A stretch of DNA of 64,000 bases, taken from positions 32,001 through 96,000 of the forward strand of contig JAVRCJ020000025.1 in the NCBI GenBank assembly GCA_034530875.2, read 5' to 3'. Source of the stretch: Nostoc sp. DedSLP01. GTDB taxonomy: Bacteria > Cyanobacteriota > Cyanobacteriia > Cyanobacteriales > Nostocaceae. The position numbers and the translations under genes are program-made. Position 1 is the stretch's first letter, and the number at the start of each line of letters is the position of its first letter. Below, in pieces: positions 48,208 to 58,866 of this stretch. The notes beneath the pieces were generated by a model. It had not been told where the DNA came from. It saw nothing but the letters and a program-made list of their open reading frames with translations, and did no database searches.

Positions 48208-49155
48208 TTAACCGATTTCATCTAAAGGTAAAACATCGTGGAAGCGGTTGTAGTCGATGTAACGATGTCCATCACCTGTTTCGTGGAAAATATCGGCAAA
48301 GCGATTATTCCACAAAATTTCCCTAGCACTATAAGTATGACGGGCATGGACGACCTGAGCAACTGTTTCATCAATACCACTCAAAGAAATTATCAGCGTC
48401 GAATTTGTCTGGATTAGTGATTCAGTCGTCATTCCATATAAAGGGCTAAATTCATCAATCACATGTACCACTGACCAGCTTAAGGAAAAGCTAGGTGTTT
48501 GGTTCCGCAACAGTTTCAAATCGTAGATTCGACGCATAAACTGGCCTTCTGCCGTTACTTCATCCCGCATCAAATACACTCGCATCTGCGCTTCTAAAAT
48601 CATGTTGCGGCGCTGATTAGCGGTGCGGAACATCAAAGTCGGCTTGGCATCATGAACTGTAATTAATGCTACACGGCTAAACATGACGCGGGCGGTCGGG
48701 CGAGAGAATCGAGCAAAGGCTAGTCCAGTCATTACAGCAATTCCCACCAAACCGATCATCGCTTCGATAGTGACAATGATATTGGCGTAAGTTGTTTTCG
48801 GATACATTGCCCCGTAGCCAATGGATGCTAGGGTTTGGACGCTAAAGAAAAAAACGTCTAAAAAAGAGCCTGGTCTAGCGTTGGCGATACAATCTCCTCC
48901 TAGCAAGTAAGCTAGGGCAAACAGAGCATTAATAGTTAGATAAAACAGACAAATTAGTATTAAAAAGCCAGTCCAGGGAATTGTCAGCAGCAAATGGTAG
49001 GGATCGCGCCAGTAGGAATACCATACACCCATACCCATAATCTCAAACTTTCCATCTCGAACTTGAATGTGAATTGGTGGGAACAAACGCTGTTGTTGCT
49101 TGCGTAAAAGTCGCTTGACTCGAAATTTCATTGGGGGTAGCCAAAAGAACGGCAA
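48208..49155 (-). CDS. Inward-rectifier potassium channel (KirBac-like)
   Basis: FFFSVQTLASIGYG selectivity filter and a Kir cytoplasmic domain. Confidence 0.93.
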   Translation of the reverse strand: MPFFWLPPMKFRVKRLLRKQQQRLFPPIHIQVRDGKFEIMGMGVWYSYWRDPYHLLLTIPWTGFLILICLFYLTINALFALAYLLGGDCIANARPGSFLDVFFFSVQTLASIGYGAMYPKTTYANIIVTIEAMIGLVGIAVMTGLAFARFSRPTARVMFSRVALITVHDAKPTLMFRTANQRRNMILEAQMRVYLMRDEVTAEGQFMRRIYDLKLLRNQTPSFSLSWSVVHVIDEFSPLYGMTTESLIQTNSTLIISLSGIDETVAQVVHARHTYSAREILWNNRFADIFHETGDGHRYIDYNRFHDVLPLDEIG

Positions 49156-49223
49156 GTAGATAGTATGACTAGGGTTGAAAAGTACAGTGCAGTTGCAAAT
49201 AAGTTGCTAGTGGTGTATCGCTA

Positions 49224-50405
49224 ATGAATCGAAATTTCTGGATTACTGCTTTAATTGCTTTTATTAATTCCCTCAGTTTTACAGTTTTAATTCCTATTAT
49301 CTATCTTTATGGCAAACAATTTGGCCTGAGTGATTTTGAGACGAGTTTGTTATTTTCGATTTATTCCATAGCTCAGTTTTTTGCAACTCCAGCGATCGGG
49401 AAACTATCGGATCGCTTTGGACGCAAACCTTTGCTAATTATCAGTTTAGCCGGAACTGCGATCGCTAACGTAATAGCTGGAACGGCAACAACAGCAGCGA
49501 TGCTTTTTCTAGCTCGACTTTTAGATGGCATCACCGGCGGCAATGCTTCGGTAGCTCAAGCAATTATTTCAGATATTACCGTTCCTCAAAAGCGCGCCCA
49601 AGCTTTTGGAATTTATGGAGCAGCATTAGGATTAGGCTTCGTACTCGGCCCGGTTACCAGCTTGTTGGCACAACAGATTTCTTTGGGATTTGGATTTATA
49701 GTTTCTGGTGCAGTTGCATTCGTAGCTTTGTTAATTACAATCTTTTTATTACCAGAAACTCTGCCTATCAAAGCGGACAAAGCACAAAATATCTTTGATT
49801 TAGGTTTAGGAAATCTAATTAGAGGTTTAGCCATGCCTAAAGTTGGCATACTTTTAATTATCAACTTTTGTATTGGTACAACCTTTACTATTTTTACTTA
49901 TGCTTTTCAGCCTTATTATATTAATGTATTAGGTCAAAATAGCCAGTCTTTGACTCTCTTGTTTTTAACATTTGGAGTCTTGGGTGTAATCATGCAAACT
50001 GGGGGAATTTCAATTCTTAATAAGAAGTTTAATACAGTTAAAATATTATTTTTAGGTTTATTTTTTAGAAGTTTGTCATTTGTACTAATGCCAGTTTTTC
50101 CCAGCATTATTTATTTTGTAGCAGTCAGTATACTTTTTTCGCTATTCAATTCTCTAGTTCAACCCATGATTAGTACGCTAATTTCTCTAAATACCAAGGC
50201 AGAGGAGCAAGGGACTGCAATGGGATTGAACGCATCTTATTTAAGTATTTCCAATGGAATTGGCCCTGTAATTGCAGGAATGTTAATTCATCAATCTAAT
50301 CCGAAAACTTATGGCTATCCGTTATATTTAGCTGGAACATTTACTTTTTTAATATTACTTTTAGCAATTGTTACTCGCAAAAAATACACACCTCAGGTTA
50401 ATTAG
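49224..50405 (+). CDS. MFS transporter (TetA/DHA1-like)
   Basis: GKLSDRFGRKP motif A and GFVLGP motif C. Confidence 0.92.
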   Translation: MNRNFWITALIAFINSLSFTVLIPIIYLYGKQFGLSDFETSLLFSIYSIAQFFATPAIGKLSDRFGRKPLLIISLAGTAIANVIAGTATTAAMLFLARLLDGITGGNASVAQAIISDITVPQKRAQAFGIYGAALGLGFVLGPVTSLLAQQISLGFGFIVSGAVAFVALLITIFLLPETLPIKADKAQNIFDLGLGNLIRGLAMPKVGILLIINFCIGTTFTIFTYAFQPYYINVLGQNSQSLTLLFLTFGVLGVIMQTGGISILNKKFNTVKILFLGLFFRSLSFVLMPVFPSIIYFVAVSILFSLFNSLVQPMISTLISLNTKAEEQGTAMGLNASYLSISNGIGPVIAGMLIHQSNPKTYGYPLYLAGTFTFLILLLAIVTRKKYTPQVN

Positions 50406-50488
50406 AGTTATTGGATAAGTAGGGAAAATAGATATAGCGGTTCCTGCATGGGTGAGCTACACAAAAGAATAGATCCTCGTTGGGGCTT

Positions 50489-50652
50489 CATTGGTGTCAA
50501 CTTAACGTGAAACCCTTGAAAAGATGTGATATTCACTTATCTCACTTACTATCAAGATCCGCGTTACCCCACCCCGATTTTGGCTTTAGACAAAATCGGG
50601 GTGGGGTGAAACGCATGTGGGATAAGCGTTTGAGCTTAAGTTGACACCAATG
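50489..50652. mobile_element. MITE (164 bp), same family as 40702-40888
   Basis: Perfect 17-bp TIRs cattggtgtcaacttaa / ttaagttgacaccaatg; internal accccaccccgattttg...caaaatcggggtggggt hairpin. Confidence 0.88.
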
Positions 50653-50777
50653 CAAAGCTTTGCGCTCCTACTGATATACCTGATTCAAATGATAATTACT
50701 ATAAACAAAAAGCTGAAATTATAAGCAAAAAAAATAGGGCGTGCAATGCTCACCCTACTGATTTATCTGCTAGAAAC

Positions 50778-51680
50778 TTATTTTTCAGGATTTATTTGCT
50801 GACCTTTAGAACAGCGGTCAAACCACTCCTGGTATTTTTTCTGGTGTGATTCATCTTCAACAGAAATTGCAACTCGCACGCGGTTACATCCGTGGTTTTT
50901 CTCAAGTGCGATCGCATTTAGCAACAAACTAGCAACTTTAGGTGAATTAAATTCGCCACTGACTGTTAAAGCACCATTTAAATGCGTAACTTCAAATTTT
51001 TCTTCTTGATTCAACTCTAGTCCAGAAATTTCGCCTTGGGTTAAATCAATTTCTGCAAGTTGCTTGTGTTCTGGGCTGACTTGTTCGACGATTAATTTTT
51101 CCACCCGAACAGGAACTTGTACCATGCGGGTTTCGATTTCTTTGCGAACAATTACTTCACCAACTCTACGCTTATTACTTTCAACAACTAATCGTTCTTC
51201 TAGTAAACGAATAATCTGTTCTTCACTACCGTCTTCTAAATGTACTGCCTCGATAGAATTATTTGTGGTTTGATTATAAGCTAATTCTTTACTTGAGTTA
51301 TCTGATAGTTCAGAGATTTTGCGGCCGCCTGGTGTTTCTCTTTCTAAATATTCAGGCATATACTCTATTTCTGATTGTTTTAGATCTAAAAAAACTGATT
51401 TAGTCGGGTTATCTATTTTTTTTACTCTCTGGCTCTGGACTTTGAATAAAGAAGTATGTTTACCGGCTAAATGTTGACCAGATGCTATAAATTGTTGATT
51501 AACTTGGTTAGAGATAACTAAGTTGAGCCGATTATCTGCATCCACAATTAAATCTTGAACTTTCCCTACTAGCTCACCTTCACTATCGAACACAAAAAAA
51601 TTTTTCACCTTGTTTTTTAATTTTGCTAGTAAGGTGTTAGTGTGGCTATTTGTGCTTGCTTGTGCAATGTTGTTTGCCAT
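50778..51680 (-). CDS. PRC-barrel + DUF2382 (YsnF/AvaK-like) protein, divergent paralog
   Basis: GELVGKVQDLIVD PRC barrel; LLEERLVV..KRRVGEV. Confidence 0.85.
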   Translation of the reverse strand: MANNIAQASTNSHTNTLLAKLKNKVKNFFVFDSEGELVGKVQDLIVDADNRLNLVISNQVNQQFIASGQHLAGKHTSLFKVQSQRVKKIDNPTKSVFLDLKQSEIEYMPEYLERETPGGRKISELSDNSSKELAYNQTTNNSIEAVHLEDGSEEQIIRLLEERLVVESNKRRVGEVIVRKEIETRMVQVPVRVEKLIVEQVSPEHKQLAEIDLTQGEISGLELNQEEKFEVTHLNGALTVSGEFNSPKVASLLLNAIALEKNHGCNRVRVAISVEDESHQKKYQEWFDRCSKGQQINPEK

Positions 51681-51706
51681 CGGTTAGCTATTAGTAAAAG
51701 TGATTG

Positions 51707-51790
51707 AGGATTGGGTATTGGGGATCGGGGATTGGGTATTGGGTATTAGGAAAATTCCTAGTCCCTATTCCCCAGTCCCCAGTCACCATT
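51707..51790. repeat. Inverted STRR heptamer array
   Basis: (gggtatt/ggggatt)n followed by (ccccagt)n. Confidence 0.85.
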
Positions 51791-51795
51791 TCCCG

Positions 51796-52680
51796 TTAGC
51801 GTTCTTCAATGGGAAGATTAGGAGCATTTACGTCTAACTCTTCACGACGTATAGTTTCTTGAGCTTCTACTGTCTCTTGGTCTACTACTTTTCTAACTCT
51901 GACTTCTTCCCGCAAAACTGCTTCTTTGCGAATATCAGGAGTTTCTTCATAGATTTCCACACGAGCAACTTCGCCTTCGCGGAAGTCTGCTTCACCTCTA
52001 GAAACAGGCGTACCTGCATCAGCAGGAGTTACGCGCTCAATCACAACTCGCTCTTTTTCTACTGGTACTGCAACTCGCGCAGTTTCAGTTTCAATGTGTT
52101 TACCAATTGTTACTTCTCCAGCTTTGCGGCGTTGTTTATTGGCGATTAGGCGTTCTTCGTACAATCTCAAAGTTTGATTGTCTTGTTCGTTTAAATTGTA
52201 TAAAGAAGGCTCATGTTCGTATGTGTAGTTATCGCGGCTGTAAGTAGGAGTCGAATAGCTTGTATCCAATGGTGCTGATGCTTCTAGAGATGCTGAACCT
52301 TCTACAGGAGGGCTGTATTCTCCAGGCTGGCGATATACTCCACGCACCCGTTCTTCATAGTCGTAGTCAAGCGCTAAGCGTTCATTGAATTCGGGTAAAT
52401 CTTCTGCTTGCTCTCTAGTCAAGCCAATTGTGTAGACGCGATCGGTATTGTAGTCAATACGGCTGCGGCCAATTGGTAGTAATACTTTTTTACCAAAAAT
52501 CCAAAAGCCTAAATCAACTACTAGATAGCGGATATGACCGTCGTCATCTACTAAAACATCGCTAACAGAACCAATTTTTTCATCAGTTCCTTGGGTATAG
52601 ACACCAAGTCCCTTAATGTCATGTCCATCAAAACTATCACGGTAGTTAGGCTCAAAATCTTCTAATTTGTAAAGAACCAT
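51796..52680 (-). CDS. PRC-barrel + DUF2382 (YsnF/AvaK-like) protein
   Basis: EKIGSVSDVLVD, GKKVLLPIG, LYEERL and IRREEL motifs. Confidence 0.9.
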   Translation of the reverse strand: MVLYKLEDFEPNYRDSFDGHDIKGLGVYTQGTDEKIGSVSDVLVDDDGHIRYLVVDLGFWIFGKKVLLPIGRSRIDYNTDRVYTIGLTREQAEDLPEFNERLALDYDYEERVRGVYRQPGEYSPPVEGSASLEASAPLDTSYSTPTYSRDNYTYEHEPSLYNLNEQDNQTLRLYEERLIANKQRRKAGEVTIGKHIETETARVAVPVEKERVVIERVTPADAGTPVSRGEADFREGEVARVEIYEETPDIRKEAVLREEVRVRKVVDQETVEAQETIRREELDVNAPNLPIEER

Positions 52681-52919
52681 TCTGTTTTACCTCAAAAATT
52701 TTGTTTTCATCTCCTTGTTATTAAATTAGACAATTTATTTAGTTATTTACCTCCTTCTATCGAAGTAAGTTTATACAGAATAATTATCAAAAGTCATAGA
52801 TATTTTCTCTAGTTTATAGTTATCAAAATTAAAATCTAGGCAGAAATAAAAATTAAACTTTATTGTTAAATTTTATGAATATCTAGCAAATTTTTAATCG
52901 TATCGAGTGCAAATAATTA

Positions 52920-52946
52920 GTAGGGCGCACAGGCATGTACCCCTAC
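52920..52946. repeat. GTAGGG..CCCTAC palindromic dispersed repeat
   Basis: gtagggcgcacaggcatgtacccctac. Confidence 0.7.
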
Positions 52947-53041
52947 TAATTTGCTCAGATAAAAGTCTCGATTATCCAGTTACTTATTCCATAAAAACTC
53001 AACACTTATCAGACATATTTTTGCCTAATAATTGTTGAGTT

Positions 53042-53881
53042 TTAGAGAGTTTCATTTCTAGTGGTATCACCTTGCTGCACCTGTAACTCACCGTCAGCAT
53101 TGACATTTAACTCTTCTCGGCGAATAGTCTCTTGGGCTTCTACAGTTTCGCGTTCAACTACTTTTTTAACTCGGACTTCTTCACGTACAAACGCTTCTTT
53201 ACGTATTTCTGGCGTTTCTTCGTAGATTTCTATCCGTGCTACTTCTCCTTCTTGAAACTGAAGTTCGTTGGTGTTAACAACGGTTTCTGCTTCTGTTGGT
53301 ACAACGCGTTCAATCACAACTCGTTCTTTTTGAATCGGTACTGTAACGCGTGCGGTTTCTGTTTCAATATGCTTACCAACAGCTACTTCTCCAGTTTTGA
53401 TACGTTGCTTATTGGCAATTAATCTTTCTTCATAGAGTTTAAACGTTTGATGATATTGGTCATTCAACTCATATAAAGCTGGCTCTTTCTGATAATTATA
53501 TGTATCGTCATAAGTTACGCCACTATTTGGAGAACGAAATACACTACGTACTTGCTCTTCATAGTTGCTATCAATATTTGTGAGTTCTCGGTGATCCGGT
53601 AATCTTTCTATTTGCTCTCTGCTTAATCCATCAATATGGACACTTCTTGCTGGATAATTGATGCGCGAAAGACCAACTGGTAGTAAGATTTTTTTATTAA
53701 CAGAATTTAAGTTGGTGTTAACAATTAAATACCGAAAATGACCGTCGTCATCAACTATAACATCATCAACTGAGCCGACCGTCTCGCCACCCTCAGTATA
53801 AACATTGAGTGCTCTAACGTCATCTCCACCAAAAGTATCTCGATAATTCGGATCGAATTGTTCAAGTCTATGAAGAGGCAT
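53042..53881 (-). CDS. PRC-barrel + DUF2382 (YsnF/AvaK-like) protein
   Basis: Close paralog of 51796-52680 (LYEERLIANKQR, EAQETIRREEL). Confidence 0.9.
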   Translation of the reverse strand: MPLHRLEQFDPNYRDTFGGDDVRALNVYTEGGETVGSVDDVIVDDDGHFRYLIVNTNLNSVNKKILLPVGLSRINYPARSVHIDGLSREQIERLPDHRELTNIDSNYEEQVRSVFRSPNSGVTYDDTYNYQKEPALYELNDQYHQTFKLYEERLIANKQRIKTGEVAVGKHIETETARVTVPIQKERVVIERVVPTEAETVVNTNELQFQEGEVARIEIYEETPEIRKEAFVREEVRVKKVVERETVEAQETIRREELNVNADGELQVQQGDTTRNETL

Positions 53882-54225
53882 ATTCTGTTTCCAAATTCTT
53901 TACAATATTTATCAACTATTTTAAAAAATACTGTGTTGAATGTCCTCCTGCTGGCGACTGAATTAAATTGCGACATTTCACAATCTGTAGCTTAGATTTT
54001 CTAAGCGTAATTTCAAATTGCACGCGAACATAATCAATAGAAATATAACTAAAGTTATAAAAAACCTTAGATACAGGACTTTTTAAAGAAGTCGGGTATT
54101 ATATGCATCACAAAGAAATAATCGTATTTATTTTGCTGATTTATTGAACAGTTATCATCATCGAGATGAATTTGCTTCTAGTTGTGAGTTTCAAACTTAG
54201 AATAAAGCGATCGCCACATTTCAAT

Positions 54226-55815
54226 CTAGTGATAATTGCTTAATATTTTCACTAAATATTGTGTCAATGTAAACGCATCTACACCTAATTCTGTACGTTC
54301 TTGGGCTGCCAAAATTCCAGCTTGGGAATGCCACCAAGCAGCAGTTGCAGCGATATTTTCTACAGGAATTTGTTTAGTAACTGCTTGTGCTAATAATCCA
54401 CCTAGTAGCCCAGTTAATACATCGCCGCTACCGCCACGCGCTAAAGCTGGCGTACTTTCTCCGACAATCCAAACTTGACTTTGGGGATTGGCTACGGCAG
54501 TTCTCGCACCTTTTAACAATACTACTGCCCCACTTTGTGCTGCTGCTTCTCGTACTGCTTTGATGCGATCGCATTTTGCATCGGTGACATCAGGAAACAA
54601 TCGCTGGAATTCACCTGTATGGGGCGTGAGTATGGTTAGTGCTTGGCGTTTTTGTAAAGTGGGGATCGTTCCGATTTGGGCGAGTATATTTAAACCATCG
54701 GCATCGAGAAGCAAAGGAACATCGCTTTCTATGACCTCTTGTACAATTGGGGTGGCATCCGTTGTTAAACCGGGACCGCAAGCGATCGCACTAAAGGAAC
54801 TGAGATTAGTTTTTGCAGGTAGTTGCAATTCGCCAATAGCACCGGTTTGGGTCTCCGGACAACCGACAATCAGCGCTTCTGGCAAATGCGATACCAAAAG
54901 AGATTTCAGCGATTCCGGTACAGCAACAGAAAGCATTCCTACACCACTACCCCGCGCACCCAAAGCAGTTAAAATTGCTCCACCTGCATAACGCCGCGAA
55001 CCACAAATCAGCAGTAAATGTCCTTCCTTATATTTGTGGGTAACCGCCGCACGGGGTAAAGGTAAAGTAGAAATTGCCGTTGCTGGTGTAATGCGTTTAA
55101 TTTTCGGTACTTCTCCCAAAACAGCCTGCACATCAGCCAAAGAAATATCAAAATCAATTAACTCAGCTTTGCCGATATATTCCAGCGCTTGGTCTTGCAA
55201 AAAAGCTAACTTCCATAAACCCAAGCAAAACGTGTGAGTAGCGCGAATTGCAGTTCCTAATACTTCGCCTGTATCAGTGTGCAAACCTGAAGGTAAATCG
55301 ATACTGAAAATTGGCATCGGCAATTCATTGAACCGATTAATTGCAGAAGCGATGGGATCGGTAAGGTTTCTTTCTAAACCGAATCCAAATAACCCATCAA
55401 TCAACAGATCGGAACTGGGTAATTGCTCAATTTCTTGATAAATTGGAATGCCCAAACTCCGAGCATATTGCAAGTGCTGGGAAGTTAATTCTTTGAGCTT
55501 AGAGAAAGGAGAATAAACCCAAATTTCGTAACCGCGAAAATGTAATTCACGCGCTACTACCAAAGCATCTCCCCCATTATGACCGGGGCCGACGAGAATA
55601 CCTACATGAGGATTTGAGGAGAAAGATGAGGAGGTAAATTCTTGCCTTTGTCTGGGATTTGGGTAAATATCTTGAATGCTACAGGCAATTAAGCCTGCTA
55701 CTTTTTCCATCAAAGCTGCTACAGGCATTCCTGCTGCAAAGATCCGCGCTTCAATATCGCGCATTTGCTCAGCATTTACTATTACTTGTGAAATTTGTTC
55801 TTGCCTATCTGACAT
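54226..55815 (-). CDS. nnr: Bifunctional NAD(P)H-hydrate epimerase/dehydratase (YjeF)
   Basis: GPGHNGGD, IDLPSG, LDADGL, TPHTGEF and GGSGDVL motifs. Confidence 0.93.
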   Translation of the reverse strand: MSDRQEQISQVIVNAEQMRDIEARIFAAGMPVAALMEKVAGLIACSIQDIYPNPRQRQEFTSSSFSSNPHVGILVGPGHNGGDALVVARELHFRGYEIWVYSPFSKLKELTSQHLQYARSLGIPIYQEIEQLPSSDLLIDGLFGFGLERNLTDPIASAINRFNELPMPIFSIDLPSGLHTDTGEVLGTAIRATHTFCLGLWKLAFLQDQALEYIGKAELIDFDISLADVQAVLGEVPKIKRITPATAISTLPLPRAAVTHKYKEGHLLLICGSRRYAGGAILTALGARGSGVGMLSVAVPESLKSLLVSHLPEALIVGCPETQTGAIGELQLPAKTNLSSFSAIACGPGLTTDATPIVQEVIESDVPLLLDADGLNILAQIGTIPTLQKRQALTILTPHTGEFQRLFPDVTDAKCDRIKAVREAAAQSGAVVLLKGARTAVANPQSQVWIVGESTPALARGGSGDVLTGLLGGLLAQAVTKQIPVENIAATAAWWHSQAGILAAQERTELGVDAFTLTQYLVKILSNYH

Positions 55816-55847
55816 CAGTGGTGAATGAAAAGTTAGGAGTTTGGAGT

Positions 55848-55953
55848 TATGGCAATTCTGTGTGATTTGTGAGAATTCGCGGTGTGTTTAGATCCCCGAT
55901 TTCTTAAAGAAATCGGGGATCTTGTTTCTCACGAAAGATTTAGGATTGCTATA
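55848..55953. mobile_element. TA-flanked MITE with a central perfect palindrome, inside an STRR array
   Basis: Imperfect TIRs tatggcaattctgtgtgatttgtgagaa / ttctcacgaaagatttaggattgctata; core agatccccgatttcttaaagaaatcggggatct; ggagtttggagtta on both flanks. Confidence 0.75.
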
Positions 55954-56071
55954 GGAGTTTGGAGTTATGAGTTTTATATTACTGCTAATTGCTAGCTTTA
56001 ACCCTGGCAAGGTGGGTAGAATTTCTGCACTAGAACTTCTCTTAACTCCTAACTTCCCACTCTCAACCTGT

Positions 56072-56932
56072 TCACTTCCCGTAATAAACCCTAGCATTAC
56101 GGTATCCTATACTCCGCAGATACTTATTCCATTCTTGTGCTTGTACTCGGTCAGCGAAAGGCCCTACTGCTACATGCGGGCCTCGTGGTTGCGTTCTTTC
56201 GAGGACTCCACCAGATCGTCCTAAATCTTGGCTGAATCTGGCTAAAGTCTGCCTAAGTTGTTGGGCGATCGCAGGTAACTCTTCTCGAGTCGTGGGAATA
56301 GCGACAAAATATCTAGAGACTTGTTTGGGAGGGTTTAGAGAACGGCGATCGCCATTAAAATTTCTGTTACCTCCATCAACAGAGCTTATTTGTTGGCCGT
56401 TATTATTGATAATTTGTGCGCTATAAATACCTCGTGACTGTAACTCATAAACTCTTTCTTGGGCGTTAGATACTCTGCTAAAAACTCCTGCTTGAATGAC
56501 ATTACGTCCTTGGTATTGTCGAATGTAAGCACTGGGTTCAAGCCGCCGTATTTCTTGTAGAGTTTGGAAATCGCTAGCATCGACAAAAACTGAATAGCGT
56601 TCAAAGTTTTGGTTATATTGACTAAACTGTGCTGGTTGAGAAGGCTGAAAATTTGATTCAGGTTGAGACGGAACCTGTACTGGTTGAGACGGCTGAAAGT
56701 TTTGCTCGGGTTGAAAAGTTTGTGCTGGTTCTGCTGGTGGTAACAACGGTGATTCTTGACCGAAAGGAACTGGCGGTAAAGTATCATCTTCTACTTGTTG
56801 AGCCAGTAACAGCTGGTTGTTGGAAATTTGTGCTTGGGTTGGAGTAGAGTTAGCAAGCACCGCTAAACATCCTCCCAGTAATAAAGAGAAGATGTGAAAT
56901 CGCATAAATTGACTGAGTATTCTACTAGACAT
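56072..56932 (-). CDS. Exported hypothetical protein with SPOR-like repeats
   Basis: Signal peptide, Q/P-rich linker, IQAGVFS and VAVGPF SPOR-like motifs. Confidence 0.75.
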   Translation of the reverse strand: MSSRILSQFMRFHIFSLLLGGCLAVLANSTPTQAQISNNQLLLAQQVEDDTLPPVPFGQESPLLPPAEPAQTFQPEQNFQPSQPVQVPSQPESNFQPSQPAQFSQYNQNFERYSVFVDASDFQTLQEIRRLEPSAYIRQYQGRNVIQAGVFSRVSNAQERVYELQSRGIYSAQIINNNGQQISSVDGGNRNFNGDRRSLNPPKQVSRYFVAIPTTREELPAIAQQLRQTLARFSQDLGRSGGVLERTQPRGPHVAVGPFADRVQAQEWNKYLRSIGYRNARVYYGK

Positions 56933-57188
56933 ATTAGTTAGAAAGTAATCTAAATATTTTCCGGCAATTTCATCAGGAACTAATTAGTTTGCTGTTGTAG
57001 CAACTAGATAGCGTTAGTGTTAAGTTACCTCATTTAAGTTCTAAACAATACATCTGTTACTAATCTTAGATGAGCAAGCGAGTAGCAACTATCATTCGAT
57101 CGCTGATAAACTGAAGCGCTTTCCTGGTAAGGCTTTGAAGAGTCTGTGCTACAATTGGACAACCACGCAGATCCCGTGTTGTGTTTGT

Positions 57189-58244
57189 ATGAAAAAAGTC
57201 GTCGTTGGTCTTTCTGGTGGTGTTGACAGTTCCACCGCCGCTGCTATCCTGCAACATCAGGGCTATGAAGTAATTGGTTTGACTCTTTGGCTGATGAAAG
57301 GCAAAGGTCAATGTTGTTCTGAAGGTACCATCGATGCGGCTGTTATCTGCGAACAACTGGGTATTCCCCACGAAGTTGTGGACAGTCGGGATGTCTTCCA
57401 AACAAATATTGTCGATTTTTTGGTGAGTGGTTACAGTGCTGGGATCACGCCTTTGCCTTGTTCTCAGTGTAATAAAAGTGTGAAGTTTGGGCCAATGGTG
57501 CAGTATGCCCGGGAAAAATTGGGATGCGATCGCATTGCCACCGGTCATTATGCCCGAATTAATTATGATGAAGCTACTGGGCGTTATCAGTTATTACGCG
57601 CTGTTGACCGCAATAAAGACCAGTCTTATTTCCTCTACGATTTGTCTCAAGATTTATTAGAGGCAAGTATATTTCCTTTAGGCGAATTACAAAAAACTGA
57701 TACTCGTCGCATTGCTGCTGAATATGGTTTACAAACTGCTGATAAACCAGAAAGTCAAGACTTATGCTTAGTGGAAAGTAACGGTTCCATGCGGGCATTT
57801 CTGGATAAATATTTAGCTCCCAAAATCGGAGATATTGTGGATACCACAGGCAAAGTTTTGGGACAGCATGATGGCGTTCATCACTACACAATCGGACAGC
57901 GCAAAGGTTTGGGAATTGCTGCCGAACAACCGTTGTATGTGATTGAATTAGATGCAGTTAATAATCGGGTTGTTGTTGGCGATCGCACTAAGGTAACTCA
58001 GCCAGAATGTACTGTAGGGCGAGTAAATTGGGTTTCTATTGCCGAACCATCTACTCCAATTCACGCCGAAGTACAAATTCGCTATCGTTCCACACCTACA
58101 CCAGTAACAGTAATTCCTCTGGAAAACTCCCGCGCGCGTTTGGTATTTGATGAACCCCAATTCAGCATCACACCCGGACAAGCTGCTGTCTGGTATGACG
58201 GCGAAAAAGTGTTAGGCGGCGGAATTATCGAACAGTTTAACTAA
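57189..58244 (+). CDS. mnmA: tRNA 2-thiouridine(34) synthase
   Basis: SGGVDSS, IATGHY, KDQSYFL and TPGQAAV motifs; ATG start at 57189. Confidence 0.97.
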   Translation: MKKVVVGLSGGVDSSTAAAILQHQGYEVIGLTLWLMKGKGQCCSEGTIDAAVICEQLGIPHEVVDSRDVFQTNIVDFLVSGYSAGITPLPCSQCNKSVKFGPMVQYAREKLGCDRIATGHYARINYDEATGRYQLLRAVDRNKDQSYFLYDLSQDLLEASIFPLGELQKTDTRRIAAEYGLQTADKPESQDLCLVESNGSMRAFLDKYLAPKIGDIVDTTGKVLGQHDGVHHYTIGQRKGLGIAAEQPLYVIELDAVNNRVVVGDRTKVTQPECTVGRVNWVSIAEPSTPIHAEVQIRYRSTPTPVTVIPLENSRARLVFDEPQFSITPGQAAVWYDGEKVLGGGIIEQFN

Positions 58245-58245
58245 T

Positions 58246-58272
58246 GTAGAGACGTTGCAATGCAACGTCTTT
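58246..58272. repeat. GTAGAGACG-type palindromic dispersed repeat / terminator
   Basis: gtagagacgttgcaatgcaacgtct followed by a T-run. Confidence 0.7.
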
Positions 58273-58276
58273 TTTC

Positions 58277-58609
58277 TTATCGCAACGAATCATCCTCAGA
58301 ATTGCGATTCTGTAAAATATCCAAAATGCGCCGATTTTCTGTTTGTAAACCGCGAACTTCTGCTTGCATTTGCAACATATCAGCTCGCATTTCTTGCATA
58401 TCAGTACGGATGTCTCTAATTTCAGTGACAATAGTGTTAATTCTACTATTCGTAGAATCAAAGTTACGTTGCATAGTCTCAAAATTACGCTGTATCGTCT
58501 CAAAATTGCGTTGATGCTGCGTCACAGTTTCTAAAAGGGCGCTGACTGCTAGACGCATATCAATAAGTTGGTCTTCCATGCGATTGATACGATTTTTGTC
58601 TTCGGTCAT
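58277..58609 (-). CDS. Heptad-repeat coiled-coil hypothetical protein
   Basis: QRNFETI/QRNFETM/QRNFDST repeats; GLQTENRRIL. Confidence 0.75.
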   Translation of the reverse strand: MTEDKNRINRMEDQLIDMRLAVSALLETVTQHQRNFETIQRNFETMQRNFDSTNSRINTIVTEIRDIRTDMQEMRADMLQMQAEVRGLQTENRRILDILQNRNSEDDSLR

Positions 58610-58866
58610 TTTGACTACTTACGCCTGAATAATCATAATTTTATTGTATGCGATACTGACTTTCAATTACAGTAGTAATAGTTTGTGTTTTGCAAATATT
58701 AATTATGGAAATAAACTTGATTTTAGTGAATATTTATCGACTATAAATTTAGAGTTTGAGAATGGCGATCGCTCTGATATTTTTAACAAAAATATTTGCT
58801 CAAAATCAGCTAAATGTGGCGCGTACAACCATACATCCCTAGCTATTCAAGCGCAACAACCGAATT

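Noticed and set aside
55605..55670. Extra segment YPNPRQRQEFTSSSFSSNPH in nnr as another STRR insertion
   Set aside because: It is probably a variable loop, but the heptamer periodicity is too weak to support the call.
57066..57548. 160-aa antisense ORF and the TTG extension of mnmA
   Set aside because: The ORF is a shadow of mnmA, and MnmA proteins typically begin at the [18 protein letters not shown] motif.
58260..58514. Plus-strand ORF with SKLRCIV repeats
   Set aside because: It is the antisense shadow of the heptad-repeat gene at 58277-58609.
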